This document shows, in pieces, positions 35,593 through 47,936 of a stretch of DNA of 64,000 nt. Location of the stretch: assembly GCA_001662655.1 (NCBI GenBank), contig KV460227.1; one strand, written 5' to 3'. The notes beneath the pieces were generated by a model. It worked only from the letters and a program-made list of their open reading frames with translations. It searched no databases and was not told the origin of the DNA. Position 1 is the first letter of the stretch; every line of letters starts with the position of its first letter. Source of the DNA: Pseudogymnoascus verrucosus. Taxonomy: Eukaryota. Position numbers and translations under genes: made by a program.

Positions 35593-38500
35593 ATGGAGGT
35601 GATGTCGAGCAGAAGTCCTGGTCCAAAACGAAGCCACCGAAATCTACTATGCGGCTCTCCAACCATGGCATCCATGGATTCTACCATGAGCGCCATCGAG
35701 ATCCTATCCTCGCCTCCGGACAAGAGGCACTGCGACGTGGTGAGGCTTGAACTGGTCAGTAGATGCACGCCTAAGACAAGGCTGACACTTTTTGGAGATC
35801 TCGGTAACTCCCGCACTGATAACGAATGACCGCTAATACTTTGTGGCGGCAGAACAGCGACGATGCAACTGTGACTGAGAAGCGCGTAAAGATTGGCTCG
35901 GGGCCGTCAATGAAGGAGAGCGACGGCTGCAGTGAGGTCGACTTGGTATTGTCCGAAAGGCGAGTTTTACCGCCGAGCGCAGACGGCGACGTGGGGGAGC
36001 CGTCAGAAAAGATCAATCAATCTGGAGGTTACACGAATGGGAATCCAGCAACATTCCCCAAAACCCGGACAATCTTCAGTTTGTATGAGCAACTACCCTT
36101 CCTGTTGGACTCTACAGCTTCTAATAACTCTCAGATTTAATGCCATTAATACGCCCAGTGCAGCTGAACCCGATTTTGGGTATGTTTTATTCCTTTCCTC
36201 CAACAGAACCCCTCTAATCAGTCCCTTGACAGAGTTCCGGATGAATACTCAGTTCCCGTTACAGTGCCCCGGCCAGCGCGAGATATGGTAAGTTTTTTTC
36301 AGACCATGACAACTGGTTTCTAACAGACCTAGGTTATCCCACGCGGACCGGTCAGACCGTCCTCTACATACAGGAACCGCGACAAGACAGTCAGAAGCGG
36401 GCCAGACAGACCACAACAGCCAAGCTCCCCAAAGGCATTTGATATAACTGCATCATACGCCGCCAACGCCCGCCAACGATCAGTCGACCACGTCACCGAA
36501 CAGGTAGCGAAGAGGCGGAAGATCATGGATGTGTCTGGGAGCCCCGACGAAAGCGCAGACGACATACTATGCGAACAAACCAGGAACATAACGGCGAGCT
36601 CTCGGCCAACAAAGACAGTCGGGAGTGGTATTCCTCCGCTGGAAAGGAAACATCCGGGAGGGGGGTTTGTTGTCAACGAATTCAGGGGGGTCGAGGATAC
36701 CGTGGGTGGCACCAGACGGCGGCGACGCCCAGACGGTCAACATTCTTCTGGTCAGTCTTCACGTGAAACGACGATTATTGAGGACGATAAGATTGAAGAT
36801 TCAGATCTTGAGATTTCTAAGGCACCGGAGCCATACAGGGGGACTGCGAACCTGGCCCGTGGAATGACACAGGAGGAAAGAAATCTGAAGAACGACGTGC
36901 GGAGGCGGATGGCCGAATCAAGGTCTGGACGTTCCATTGGAACCTCCGCGAAGTCGAACATTTCGGTTTTGAAGAGGGACGCCCAAAGCATCCTGGATAG
37001 GGAAAAAGATTCTAGGCAAACTCGTGTCCAAAACGTAAGGGTTAATGATGGGGGGCGTCGAAATAGTACCGAGAGCATCTCCGATGATGAGCTATCCATG
37101 GGCAAACCAGGGGCAGACTTGAAGAAGGCAAGTACCGGGACTGTCATGAGCCAATTCGTGAGAAGCCCAACTTCTGGTAGTATGAGTAGAGACGGAGATA
37201 TTCGGTCAAGTCTCCCGCGGCAGAACCAGCGGAAAACAACGGGCAGAGCTGGAAAGTCGAGTTCGGAAGAGCGCCTAAGATTTGGCATCACATACTCGAG
37301 AACTGTACTAGACTTATTCACTCGCGTCGATGGAGAGGAGCCTTATTATTTGCAATACAACCCTAGGTCGTCGCAAATGGAGTTTACAACGGACGACCCA
37401 AATCATCTTGCAGAAAATAAACACCCAGACTTCGCCTTCAACCCTGGGTCTGTCACAAGAATCATTTACAGCGATGAAAACAATAAAATGATTGTGTGGG
37501 TCATGGAAAGCAATACCAAGACAGGCACTCTTCCAAAACTCCTCCTGAAGGTCGATGGCGAAGCACTTTACAATTTCCTGATGTTCCTTCAGAGTAGGAG
37601 CGATGCCGACGTTAAAAATCAGAGCGGGTTAGTTTGCCTTATTCGGGTGTTATTTTTTGGAGGACTTCACCCATGCTAACTTTCATTCAAATAGCGACAA
37701 ACTAAACAAAATGTTTTCTCTATTCACAGAAAAATTTGATGAATGCCGGAATCGTAATGAGGCAGATGATTTGAATCTGCTGAAGCAGAGGAGGAATCAA
37801 CGGCACCAGGCAAGTGATGCGGGCCTCACTGGCGATGGGAAGAGGCCGGGAAATTTTGACAGCTCTGAGGAACCGCCGAGAAGTAAAAAGCTGCACGAGA
37901 GGTTGCAAAACGGATATGGCGACAATGAAACTTCTCACCCTGAAGGTAATTCTATCGAAACCCGACGAAGCATAGAACGAAGTAAAGAATTAGGAGATGA
38001 GACTCAATCGCGTCATTTTGGGCGAAACGGAGACGATAACGACAACCGCCCAACGACTCGTTCAACCAGAGGCCAGAATAGGGAAATCCATATAAGATCA
38101 CCTTCCCCACAGCGCTATACCAATGTACATCGGGATTGGCAAAGGTACTGGGCTGGCGGCGACGAGCCTCTCTTATTCCCATTTGAAGGCACGAAGAAGG
38201 CTCAAGTCGATAAGCGCGACATAGAGCGGCTCGACGAGGGCGAGTACTTGAACGATAACCTCATTACCTTTTACCTGCGGTATCTCCAGGAGAAGGCAGA
38301 GAAAGAGCGGCCGGATGTCTTCAAGCGGGTCTTTTTTATGAATACGTTTTTCTACCCGCGACTTATACAGGGTAAAGGCCGCAAGAACATCGATTATGAC
38401 GCCGTCAAGAGGTGGACGTCAAAGGTTAACATATTTGACTACGATTATGTTGTTGTGCCAGTCAATGAGAATAACCATTGGTACGTTGCAATCATTTGCA

Positions 38501-40239
38501 ATGTGCCAAAACTACTGCTACCTCCAGAAGAGAAAATACCAAAGGAGGAAGAGAAAGGTCATGAGAAAGAGGTTGTGGATTTGGGTGATGCGGGTAACAC
38601 TACAAGCCCCACTCAGCCTACCTCCGAATACAAGGACGGATCCGTAACTCCTGAGGTGGCGCGCAAGGTCAGCAGACTTTCAATCGAAGACAGGGGCAGC
38701 CCAGAGCCGCAGCCCAACATGGCCAAGCACATCGATGTAGAACGCATAAACCCGGGCACGCCAACCCACACATCGACAGCGGACGATGACACGGACCGTT
38801 CCCAAAAAGCGACATCAAGCGCAGGTAAAGGCAGGAAGGGGAAGAGGAAATCCATCCCGCCCGTTCGCAAATACAACACCGAAGAGCCGCGCATCATAAC
38901 GCTGGATTCGTTCGGAATGCCACACTCCCCTACCTGCTCAAATCTCCGCGACTTCCTCATCGCCGAGGCAAAGGAGAAGCTCGGTGTCGAGATCACCCTT
39001 GCGCAGCCTAGCATCGGCATGACAGCTAAGCACATTCCGCAGCAGACCAACTTGTGTGACTGTGGGCTGTTCCTCTTAGGGTATGTTGAAGGCTTCCTCG
39101 ACCACCCGGATGAGACTATCCACGGCCTCATGCAGGGGAGGGCGGATATGGCGAGCAGCTTCGGGAAGATGAACGCACCGGACATGCGGAATGCAATGAG
39201 AGAGCTCATCTTTGAGCTGCGGAGGGAGCAGACAAAGAAGGAGCACGCGGCTAAGGTTGCGAGGATAGCTGCCAAGAAAGCTGGGAAGGTAAAGGAGGAG
39301 CAGCCGGCTGGCGAGTCAAAAAGCGTGTCTTCGGCTTCGGCGTCGCCGAAACCGCCTGCGCCACCGAAACTGGAAGCCAAAGCGGTTGAAGAACTTGCCT
39401 CTGCCAGTGTGACGAAGAAGGCCGATGAATCTGCTCCTGCGAGCAAGACGAAAGAGATGCCAAAGCCGTCTGAGGAGGCCGTCAATGTCATCAAAGAGGA
39501 ACAGTCTACCAAGGAGTCCCCAGCAACGCCTGACGAGTCTGCAACATTCTATTCTCTCCTCGATGACTTTGCTGGCTTCAAAGGAGACAAGGCAAAAGAC
39601 GAGAAAGCTACCAAGCCCTCACCTCCCATCACTGCCCCTCCCATCGAGGCGCTGCCTGAAACCCCACGCAGCGCGACTAGAGACAAGACATCAAGTCCTA
39701 AGACAATCTCCTCCACACAGAGCAAGTTTTTCAACGTGAAAACCAAAGGGATGCAGCCCAAGTTCCCCTCCCAAGATCGGAATCGTCAACGGAAAGATGC
39801 GAGTGAGGTGTCTGTTGTGGCGCCGCCGTCGACGCCGCCACCGAGGCAGCCGCGGCAGCAGATGCGCTCTTCGCCGAGGACTCAGATTGATATCCCGTCG
39901 GAATCGAGTGAGGACTCTCTTCGTCGTGATATGTCGCCGAGTGTTCTAGGACGAGGACGAGGACGAAAGGACGCACCCAAAAAGAAAGACGAGATCCCGG
40001 ATTCGCAGGGTGATGATGTTGAGCGAGCTGGCAGGAAGGGTGTGGATAAAGGCAAAGTGGTAGAAGACCTCACGGAGACGCCAAGGACGAGAGCAGGCGA
40101 TGCAGCTCTGAAGAGGCAGAAAGATACAGCAGAGGGGCAGAAGAAGAAATCAGGCGCGGGAGCGGTGTTCGGTAGTGGCAGCCCGAGAGTGAAGGGGACG
40201 AAGAAGGACTCGGTGGTGAACCTGGTTGACGAGGAATAG
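35593..40239 (+). CDS. Ulp1-family (C48) SUMO protease, Ulp2-like with long disordered extensions
   Basis: RLDEGEYLNDNLITFYLRYL, FMNTFFY, VPVNENNHWY (His), TLDS (Asp), QQTNLCDCGLF (Cys). Several small 5' exons with canonical introns, start uncertain. C-terminal SIM-like VVNLVDEE. Confidence 0.9.
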
Positions 40240-42280
40240 GCCAGCGGGGGGAGGGAGGGGATTTTGATATCGACGAACATAGCCATGGCGTTTCATTTTT
40301 TTTTGTCTACATGGGAGATACGGGACATTGGCTGGGCGCAGTTGCTTGGTTGTGCGTCTATTGGCATAGCATTTTTTCCGCCGGAGGAAAGCGTTTTTTG
40401 GGGGGGGAGTGCGGGTGAGCGATGCGATATGGGATGGAGATATGGGAGGATGTTAGGGTAGTAGTGAAGCGTTGCTATTGCTAATCCCCAGACAGTTTGT
40501 GTGTCCCATCTATGGTTTGATTGAGTGAACAGTCATGCTTGCGTTTACCACCACGTGAAGCCAAAATACAGTTGACAGCAGCATTTGGGTGCCTGGCATA
40601 TTTGCGGTCGGAGGGGTATAATCTAGAAATGCGTGACAGGTCCCAACGCCGACATTATAAAGCGCGCATTTTATCTACAGAAGATATGGGGAAATGCCGT
40701 ATCTGCCCGACATCTGTATACCGGGACCCTGCAGACCGCGGGGAAGTAAGGGCCAGGTGAGGAGGTGGTTGTCGTTGTCGTCGCCGACGGTCTGTCGTCA
40801 CTTCTCTTTCTCATCACCGCCCCATTCTCACCGCCATCGTCTTCTTCTCGCCACCGCACCTCTCTCACCTTTCTCACAGCCAGCTTCTTCTTAACCCCCT
40901 TATCGACGTTGCTGGATGTGTTTAGGTATGGCCGAGTTTGTTGGAACCACAGACTCTCAATCGAAGGTTGAACTGTTCTGTATTATATGCCAACGCACAA
41001 TGGCTAAAAGTGCACCACCATATATAACCAGCAAACGCCAAACTTCACACAATCCAACAAACGCCAACCTTCACATTGCATATATCCCGCCTTTTGTCAC
41101 CGAGGAAGATGACATCACCGTCGCCACGTGCAATTACCATCCCAAACCCACTAATCCATCCGATCTTTGCCTCTCCTTCCCTCCTAACCTCCCTCAAACT
41201 TCCCGTCAAACGGCAGCAAACGGTACGGCCGACGAGATTTTTCCATCGATGATGAGATAGCTGAGATAGATGGATAGGGAGCTGCAGCTTGGGGCCCCTG
41301 TTTCCGTTAGTATATTGTTTTAGGGCGATACAGGCGATGGATGTGAAACGCGGCTAGACAGGGAGGATAAATGTTTAATGACCCATGTTTATAAAGTTTG
41401 TGAGAAGGAGCAACAAGGAAAGTAAAGTGAATCCTGATCCTGCTTGCTTATTATGCTCCTGCTAGGCTGGACTGGACGGAGAAATGACAATTGGTAGTGA
41501 GATACTCCATAGTAGGACTGTTCTACCGCGGGTATTGCTTCCAAGGAACTGCGATGCGTTAAATGAATAGCCGCCTTGCTTAATTGTAGTGTTTTATTTT
41601 TATTTTGTTTTACTTTGTTTTTGTTTTCAGTGATTGTATTCCTATTAATTGCTGCCTCTGACTGTACTGTGACTGTGGCGGTCTACTATCTTTTTACACC
41701 TCCATAAATCACACACTCTCTGTAAATCTACAAATATCCTCCTCTCCAATTAATTAATCCCTTAAATCCCCATCATTATCCACTCCTCAAACTTCCATTA
41801 CGTGTGTTCATCGCCCTAGCTCTCCCGCTCCTAGACGGCTTGTTCGGTTGTTCTTGTCTTTTTGTCTCATCAATTTCTCATTACGGCAAGGCTGAGCCTG
41901 AGATACCTGAAATGGTGGGAACGTGAACGTGGGGTTCAGCTCCAACCTCCGATCATCTCCACAACTTAACCAGCCCAACCCTCCTGAGCCCTCAAAGCCC
42001 CCCTCACTTTCTCACCATCTCACCTCTCAATCTCACTCTGACATCGACATCTGATCCTTCACCAACTGCACTGTCAATTCCTCACCCGCGCGCGCCTCAA
42101 TCTACGAAAAAAACAAGTCCAATTCACACAATCGTCATCACACAGACATCGTGGCAACACCCCCCAGCGCGTGCATCATCCTCACCACCCTGCGGCCACC
42201 GCGCCCGTCCCAGACCCGGCGCACCCACCCGCCTCCCACGCAGCAGCCAAGCTACAGCCAAGCTACACACACTCGCAACA

Positions 42281-44273
42281 ATGGGCTTCCTCAAGTCGCT
42301 CGGCGTGAAGCGCAAAGACAAATCCGCCGCCGCTGCCGCCTCCGCAGCCGCAGCCAATGCGGAGCGTTACGCGCCCTCGCCGTCCAACCCACGGTACACG
42401 CTGAGCGGGTATGCGGGGCGGCAGGTGGACTGGACGGTGAAGCTGCCTGTGCCGGTGCTGACGCGCATCTTCAGCTTCGTGTGTCCGCATGCGCAGGATA
42501 TGAGTTATGAGAGCTGTGAGCGCAGTGCGGAGGAGGATGCGTGCATGTTGTGCGATTTGCGCGATTTGAGTTATTGCGTGAGGGTGTGTAGACGGTGGAG
42601 GAAGACGGCTGTGCCGGTGCTGTGAGTTTACCCCGCCGCTAGGAGGAAGAAGGGAGAGATTGAAGGGAGGTGCTGACGGAAATAGATACCAGAGTATTCG
42701 CATCGACGCGGTGCACTACTGCGAGCGCGAGGAGATACTCGCGGAACGACGAAAGCGCCGATCCTTTCTAAACCGCAATGCCGAGCCCGAAGACACTGCG
42801 CGCGCACGCGTGCGCCTCCTATGCCGAACATTGCGCGATGACACGCTGGGTCTAGGAAGTCTGGTGCTGCTGGTCAAGACGCCATATATGACGCGGGAGA
42901 CATGCAAGGGTGACCTCGCGCGCATTGTGGCCGTGACGCCGAACCTACGATATGCAGATTTTCCGGATGGATTCTTCACAGGAGATGCGACCTGCGCGAC
43001 GCTGAGGCAGGAGGTTGAGCAGCGCTGTCTCGATCTACGGAAGATGTCGTACTCGCACGGGGCGGAGAAAGCGCTCGAAGACGTGGCTGGGGGGTACTTA
43101 TGGCATAACCTCGAAGTTCTGGAGCTATCAGGTCTAGCCACCGACCCAACAACAGTCCGCTTCGCGCTGGGAGCACTACGAAAACTGCACACCCTCCACG
43201 TAAAAGACATGCCCTCCTTCAGCGACGAGATCTTCGAGCCAAACCACCAATTCCCCCCATTCCCGCACCTCTCAACCCTCCACCTCGAAAACACCCCCGC
43301 AGTCACAATCCGCGCCATGCAAGCCCTCCTCGCCGACCCCGCCACCGCCCGCGTCCTCACCAACCTCTCCCTCTCCACCACCGCCGTCCACCCCTCAGAC
43401 ATCCACCTTATCCTCTCCGGCGCCCCCTCCCTCCACCACTTCGCCATCACTGAGCTCGTCTCCACCCCCTTCCCACACACGCACGTTCCCCCGCTCCAAT
43501 CCCGCTCCCTACGCACCATGCACTACGAAATCACCGCCGCGCCAGGGGCGTCCTACACCGCCGGCACCGCGGCGTATTACTCCTACCTCACCACCTCCCT
43601 CCTTGCTACGGGCCTGCCAAACCTCCACAAGCTCTACGTGCGAGACTCCGCCTTCCCAGAATCCCTAATCGAATTCGCGCCTCCGCGCCCGCAGTTCGCA
43701 GCCGAGAGTCCCCCAAACCCGTTCCTGAATAATAATCGTCCCCTCTCCACGGCATCGTCTGTATACGGATCCCCCCCCACCGCGCCGGTAGGGAGTTTCA
43801 ACCGCACGCTCTCCCCCATGGGCGCCGGTCCGCCCGGTTCGCCGCCTTCGAACCCGCAGGCGCGACCGCGGCCGCAGCCACGGAGTCCAGTCGGACTATC
43901 CCGCGAGCTGGAGGTGTACACCAAGTCCCTCGATGAGCTGGAGTGGAATTTCGCGCGCGTGGAGCCAGCGCGGCAGCCGGGGCGACGGGGGTCCATGACC
44001 GCGCTGCGGCCGGTGAGTGCGTATGGGCTTGAAGCGGCGGGGGGGAGGATGAGCGGGAGCTGGGGAGCGGGAGGGGTGAGGAGGAGCGTGGTGGTTGGGA
44101 ATGGGTTTGGTGGGTTTTTGGCGGTGCCGGTGGATGAGGCGGGGGGGGCGACGAGGAGGGGGAGCGTGGGGGGGAGTGTGACGAGTGGGGGGAGTGTGAG
44201 TGATGCGGGGGGGGAGTGGCCGGTTATGGGGAGGGGGAATAAGAGGGAGAGTCATTATGATATTTGGAGGTAG
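42281..44273 (+). CDS. F-box protein with LRR/RNI-like repeats
   Basis: KLPVPVLTRIFSFVCPH..CMLCDLRDLSYCVRVCRRW F-box, intron about 42622-42685, then leucine-rich repeats (LEVLELSGL, LHTLHVKDM, LSTLHLENT). Confidence 0.88.
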
Positions 44274-44639
44274 GTAAAATGGGGGTGGAAGGGGGGAGGT
44301 TGGGGGTGTTTGGGTTTTTTGGGGGGAGGGGGGAGGGGGGAAGCAGACAGACGGGTTCTGCTGCGTGATGGGATACCCATACATGATTTTTTTTTATGTT
44401 TTGATTTTGGGTTATTTAATACTTAAAAAGAAGATTAAATGGAGATAGGAAGCAAAAATTATATGACGCTTGTAAGTTCCATCATCCGCTCGCTACTTCG
44501 TTGGCTACACATGGAGCACATAGAAAAAATCCACATAGACGGATTCTCAAAAGCTCTATTGCTGTGCGGGATAACTCACTACAACCGCCAATTCTAGTCT
44601 AGACCTATACTCCATAACCACTATCGCTCTCTTCTAGTC

Positions 44640-44840
44640 TATACCCAAAAACTACCATCTTCAAACAAGCGCCCAATAAAACTCAAAAACGCTCAATACC
44701 AAGTCCGTCCTCAAAAACGCCCAATACTCAAAAACGCTCAATACCAAGTCCGTCCTCAAACAGGCCCAATGATATTAAAAAACGCTCAATACCAAGTCCA
44801 TCTTCAAACAGGATGATTCTCAAAAACGCCCAATACCAAG
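44640..44840. repeat. Imperfect minisatellite (core CAAAAACGC[T/C]CAATACCAAGTCC)
   Basis: About 5 full or partial copies visible by eye between 44684 and 44840. Confidence 0.8.
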
Positions 44841-47333
44841 TTACTTTTTCTACACAGACGTTTCCTTGTCAGCAATGCAATGTCCCAAACGCCACAGTCA
44901 CCACAGTCCCCGTTATTAAAAGTTTATACTCACTTTAGTCTTCTTCCTGTTGAACGGCCACATATTGAAGCCGCGGGTCAAACTGTTCGTGGAATACGCC
45001 TGCTCGTGGACCGTAATCCCCGACTCCGACGCAGCATTCGGCACCTCAGTAATAAGTGGCACAGGTGCACCCGAGTGCGCAGAAGCAACCACAGGCACGG
45101 GCAGAGGATTAGGCGGCGGGGGCGGAGGATTAGTCGGGGGCGCCGAAGGGGTCGCCTGGGGAGATGGAGTGAAATGCTCCTCTAGAACACCCCCAATAGG
45201 TTCGGGCTCTGGTTCCTTAGGCCTCATACCTAGCGTAGCGAATTTCGTCATCTTCTCTTTAACCTTCTTGCTTGTTGCCTTGCTAAGTGTTGATAGCCTG
45301 TCCCTTCTCCTCCGCGGCTGCTGGGCAGCACGCTCGGCAGCACGCGCGTTGAGATAGTCCACAACCAAGTGCGGCGGGACTCGTCGGTGAATGTTCCGAC
45401 CCTCATGCTGACCCTCGCTCGGGGTTGCGTTCTGGCCTGCGTTCTGACTCTCGTTCGGGCTTGCGATCTGATCCGCATTCTGATCATCGTTCTGATCATC
45501 GTTCTGATCATCGTTCAGACCCCTACTCACTGCCTGGCCCACGTTCTGGCTCGCATTCAGGAGCTCGGACTGTCTCTCGTCCTGGTTCCCGTCGTAACCC
45601 ACGCTCTGGCTCCTACCGCTGTACATGGAATTGGATCCTAGTGACCCGGAACTGACACCTCGGTAATGTCTCATGTCAAATGGGCGAGTATCATCATTGT
45701 GCCGGTACCCGCGGCGACGAGAGGGAGGCCTCGGGTACGGGTCCCCGGTATACACTCCACGACCCGCAGCATCAGCAGGCTGGCCTAGCTGGTTATTTTG
45801 CTCCCATCTTCGGAACTCAGCGACCCGAGCTAGTGGATGCGTGTATTCTGATGGCCGACCTCTCGGAGGCTGGTTCATGGGCCCTTGAAAAGAATGACGA
45901 AGTTCTGACGGCGGTGGTCGCTCAGAAATCTCGGACCTACGATAGCGGTCTTCTGCTCTTGGAGATTGATCGTGAAAAGAAGCACGCAACTGTCGTGACG
46001 GTGACAGTAACGGCCTCGGGCTAGAAATCGCTGTGGACCCAGAGTTGTGGCGTTCTTCTCTTTGAGGAGTATTGTTTTGGGATTGGCCTCTTGGACGGGA
46101 GTTGTCTTGCGATTGTTCACTTGGACGAGAGTTGTCTTGCAATTGGCTTCCTCGACGGTAGCTTTCTTGAGATGGTTCCCTTGGGCGATTGTTTTCATGC
46201 CATTGGCTTCTTCGACGGGAGCCGTCTTGCGATTGTTCCCTTGGACGAGTGTTGCCTTGCGCTTGTTCTCTTCGACGAGTGTTGTCTTGCGATTGGTCTT
46301 TTGAACCAGCGTCGTCCTGCGATTGATCTCCTGGAGGATTATCATCTTGCGACAAGTCTATTGAAGGAACATCATCATCTGATTGCCCTCCTAGATAAAA
46401 ACCACTGCTGGGCCGCCCACTGCCACCCCTTAAGCTCAAATAAGTTGTGACGCGCGCCTTGATTCTTGCTCCCCTAGAAAGCTTCTCGGGAGCCGGCTCC
46501 TCCGCCGCAGGTTGTGGAAGTGTAGCTGGTGGACGTTCGTTTTCGCCAGGGTCAGGTTCAGACCTGATACCAATGCGGACCATGGCTCCTCTTATCCATT
46601 CTCTATCCTCCTGTACAACATCCCTCAAGGTCTGTCTCGCAGAAGCAATTCGCTGGCGTATTGTCCTTGTATTTCGTGCGTGCGGGTCGGAATTGAACGC
46701 GCCTTGTGCAGGTCTAGCCTGGCGCGGAGGTGGAGGAATATAATTAGGGTCCTCGTTCCACAGAGGCGGTGCTGGAGTAATTTCATCATCATCCTGGTCC
46801 TGGTTGACGAGGTCCTTGTCCCTTATTTTTCTCCAAGGTCGAGATATTCTCTCGTCGTCAGTATGCATCAGCACAGAAGACCCCGAGGGCGTGCTATAAC
46901 TCAGTTCTGAAGGTGGGGGGAGTCGAGAGTCTCGTTTGTTGATTCCGATCAAGTGCTCCTCATCAGGAAATTTATTGGCCATGCTCTCATCGCTGACAGC
47001 CTCAGAGGCAGAAGATCCAAGTCTCATTGATTTCACCGAATTTGCGCCATCCATTGATATAGGCGGCGCGGTAGGGCTGAGTCCTCGCCATTCATCTGGT
47101 CCTTCTAACAGGGATGATTCAAGCAAGGACGACGACATTTGTGCGAGATTGACGAAATTCGGTGAACCGTCAGGGAAAATCATGCCTTCGCGTCTCGCAA
47201 CTTCCAGCGTGGATGGCATTTCGAACTCCAGTATGTATATCATTTCGGGCAGTCCTCCGTTCTCGACTTCTGGGGCGTCCTCAGTAATGATACTTTCTTC
47301 CCACTGCGGGTCTATGACAGCGTTGTTGCTCAT
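44841..47333 (-). CDS. Hypothetical intrinsically disordered protein (about 800 aa) with internal repeats
   Basis: 2.4-kb open frame from ATG 47333. Terminal intron about 44933-44850 (GTGAGT..GCTGAC..TAG) adds KK-stop. No recognisable domain. Confidence 0.65.
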
Positions 47334-47353
47334 ATTGATACCGACTTGCAAAA

Positions 47354-47936
47354 CGGTGATCCTGAATTGTTAGGGACATTATCAACATAACAAAATAAAT
47401 CACAACACGCCACACTACAAAATAATATCACCACCTCAGAAGGAAGGGACGATGGAAGGGACGAAGGAAAGTCACGTGGATTATAGTTACGGAAGGAGCA
47501 GACCTACACGTACTATACCCCGTTTAACGCTTAATACAATCTATAGTCGAATTAAGTAGAATAATTCATTAGAGGTTAGTTTAGAGATGAAGTTAAGCTA
47601 AGGTAGAGATGGGGATAAGCTAACATATATAGTAAGGTTTAAAGGCTAAATTAAATCCTTCCTACTATAGGTCTATTTTAATATTACTACTTATATTAAT
47701 ACGACCTATGTCCTCTCTAAGGTTAACTATAAAGTAGTGATTCTAAATTATTTATAATATAACTAGGCGATTTATAGAATGCTAAATAATCCTAACACAA
47801 CAAAATAAACCACACCACACTACACCACACACTACACAAAATAAAACCACAACCATAAAAGGAAGGGATGAAGGAAGGGATGAAGGAAGGGAGAAGGGAA
47901 GTCACGTGGATTATGATCGCGGAAAGAGCGACCTAT
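47354..47936. repeat. Diverged direct duplication of the upstream region of the orphan gene, separated by AT-rich RIP-like DNA
   Basis: Both copies (about 47354-47506 and 47735-47936) contain CAAAATAAA..CAC..GGAAGGGA repeats and AAGTCACGTGGATTAT..CGGAA.GAGC.GACCTA. Confidence 0.75.

Noticed and set aside
38613..39512. 299-aa antisense ORF (and similar ones at 42716-43519 and 57447-58088)
   Set aside because: Shadow frames of well-supported genes on the opposite strand.
44640..44840. Repeat array superficially like CRISPR
   Set aside because: Eukaryotic context, degenerate units, no unique constant-length spacers and no cas genes. It is a minisatellite.
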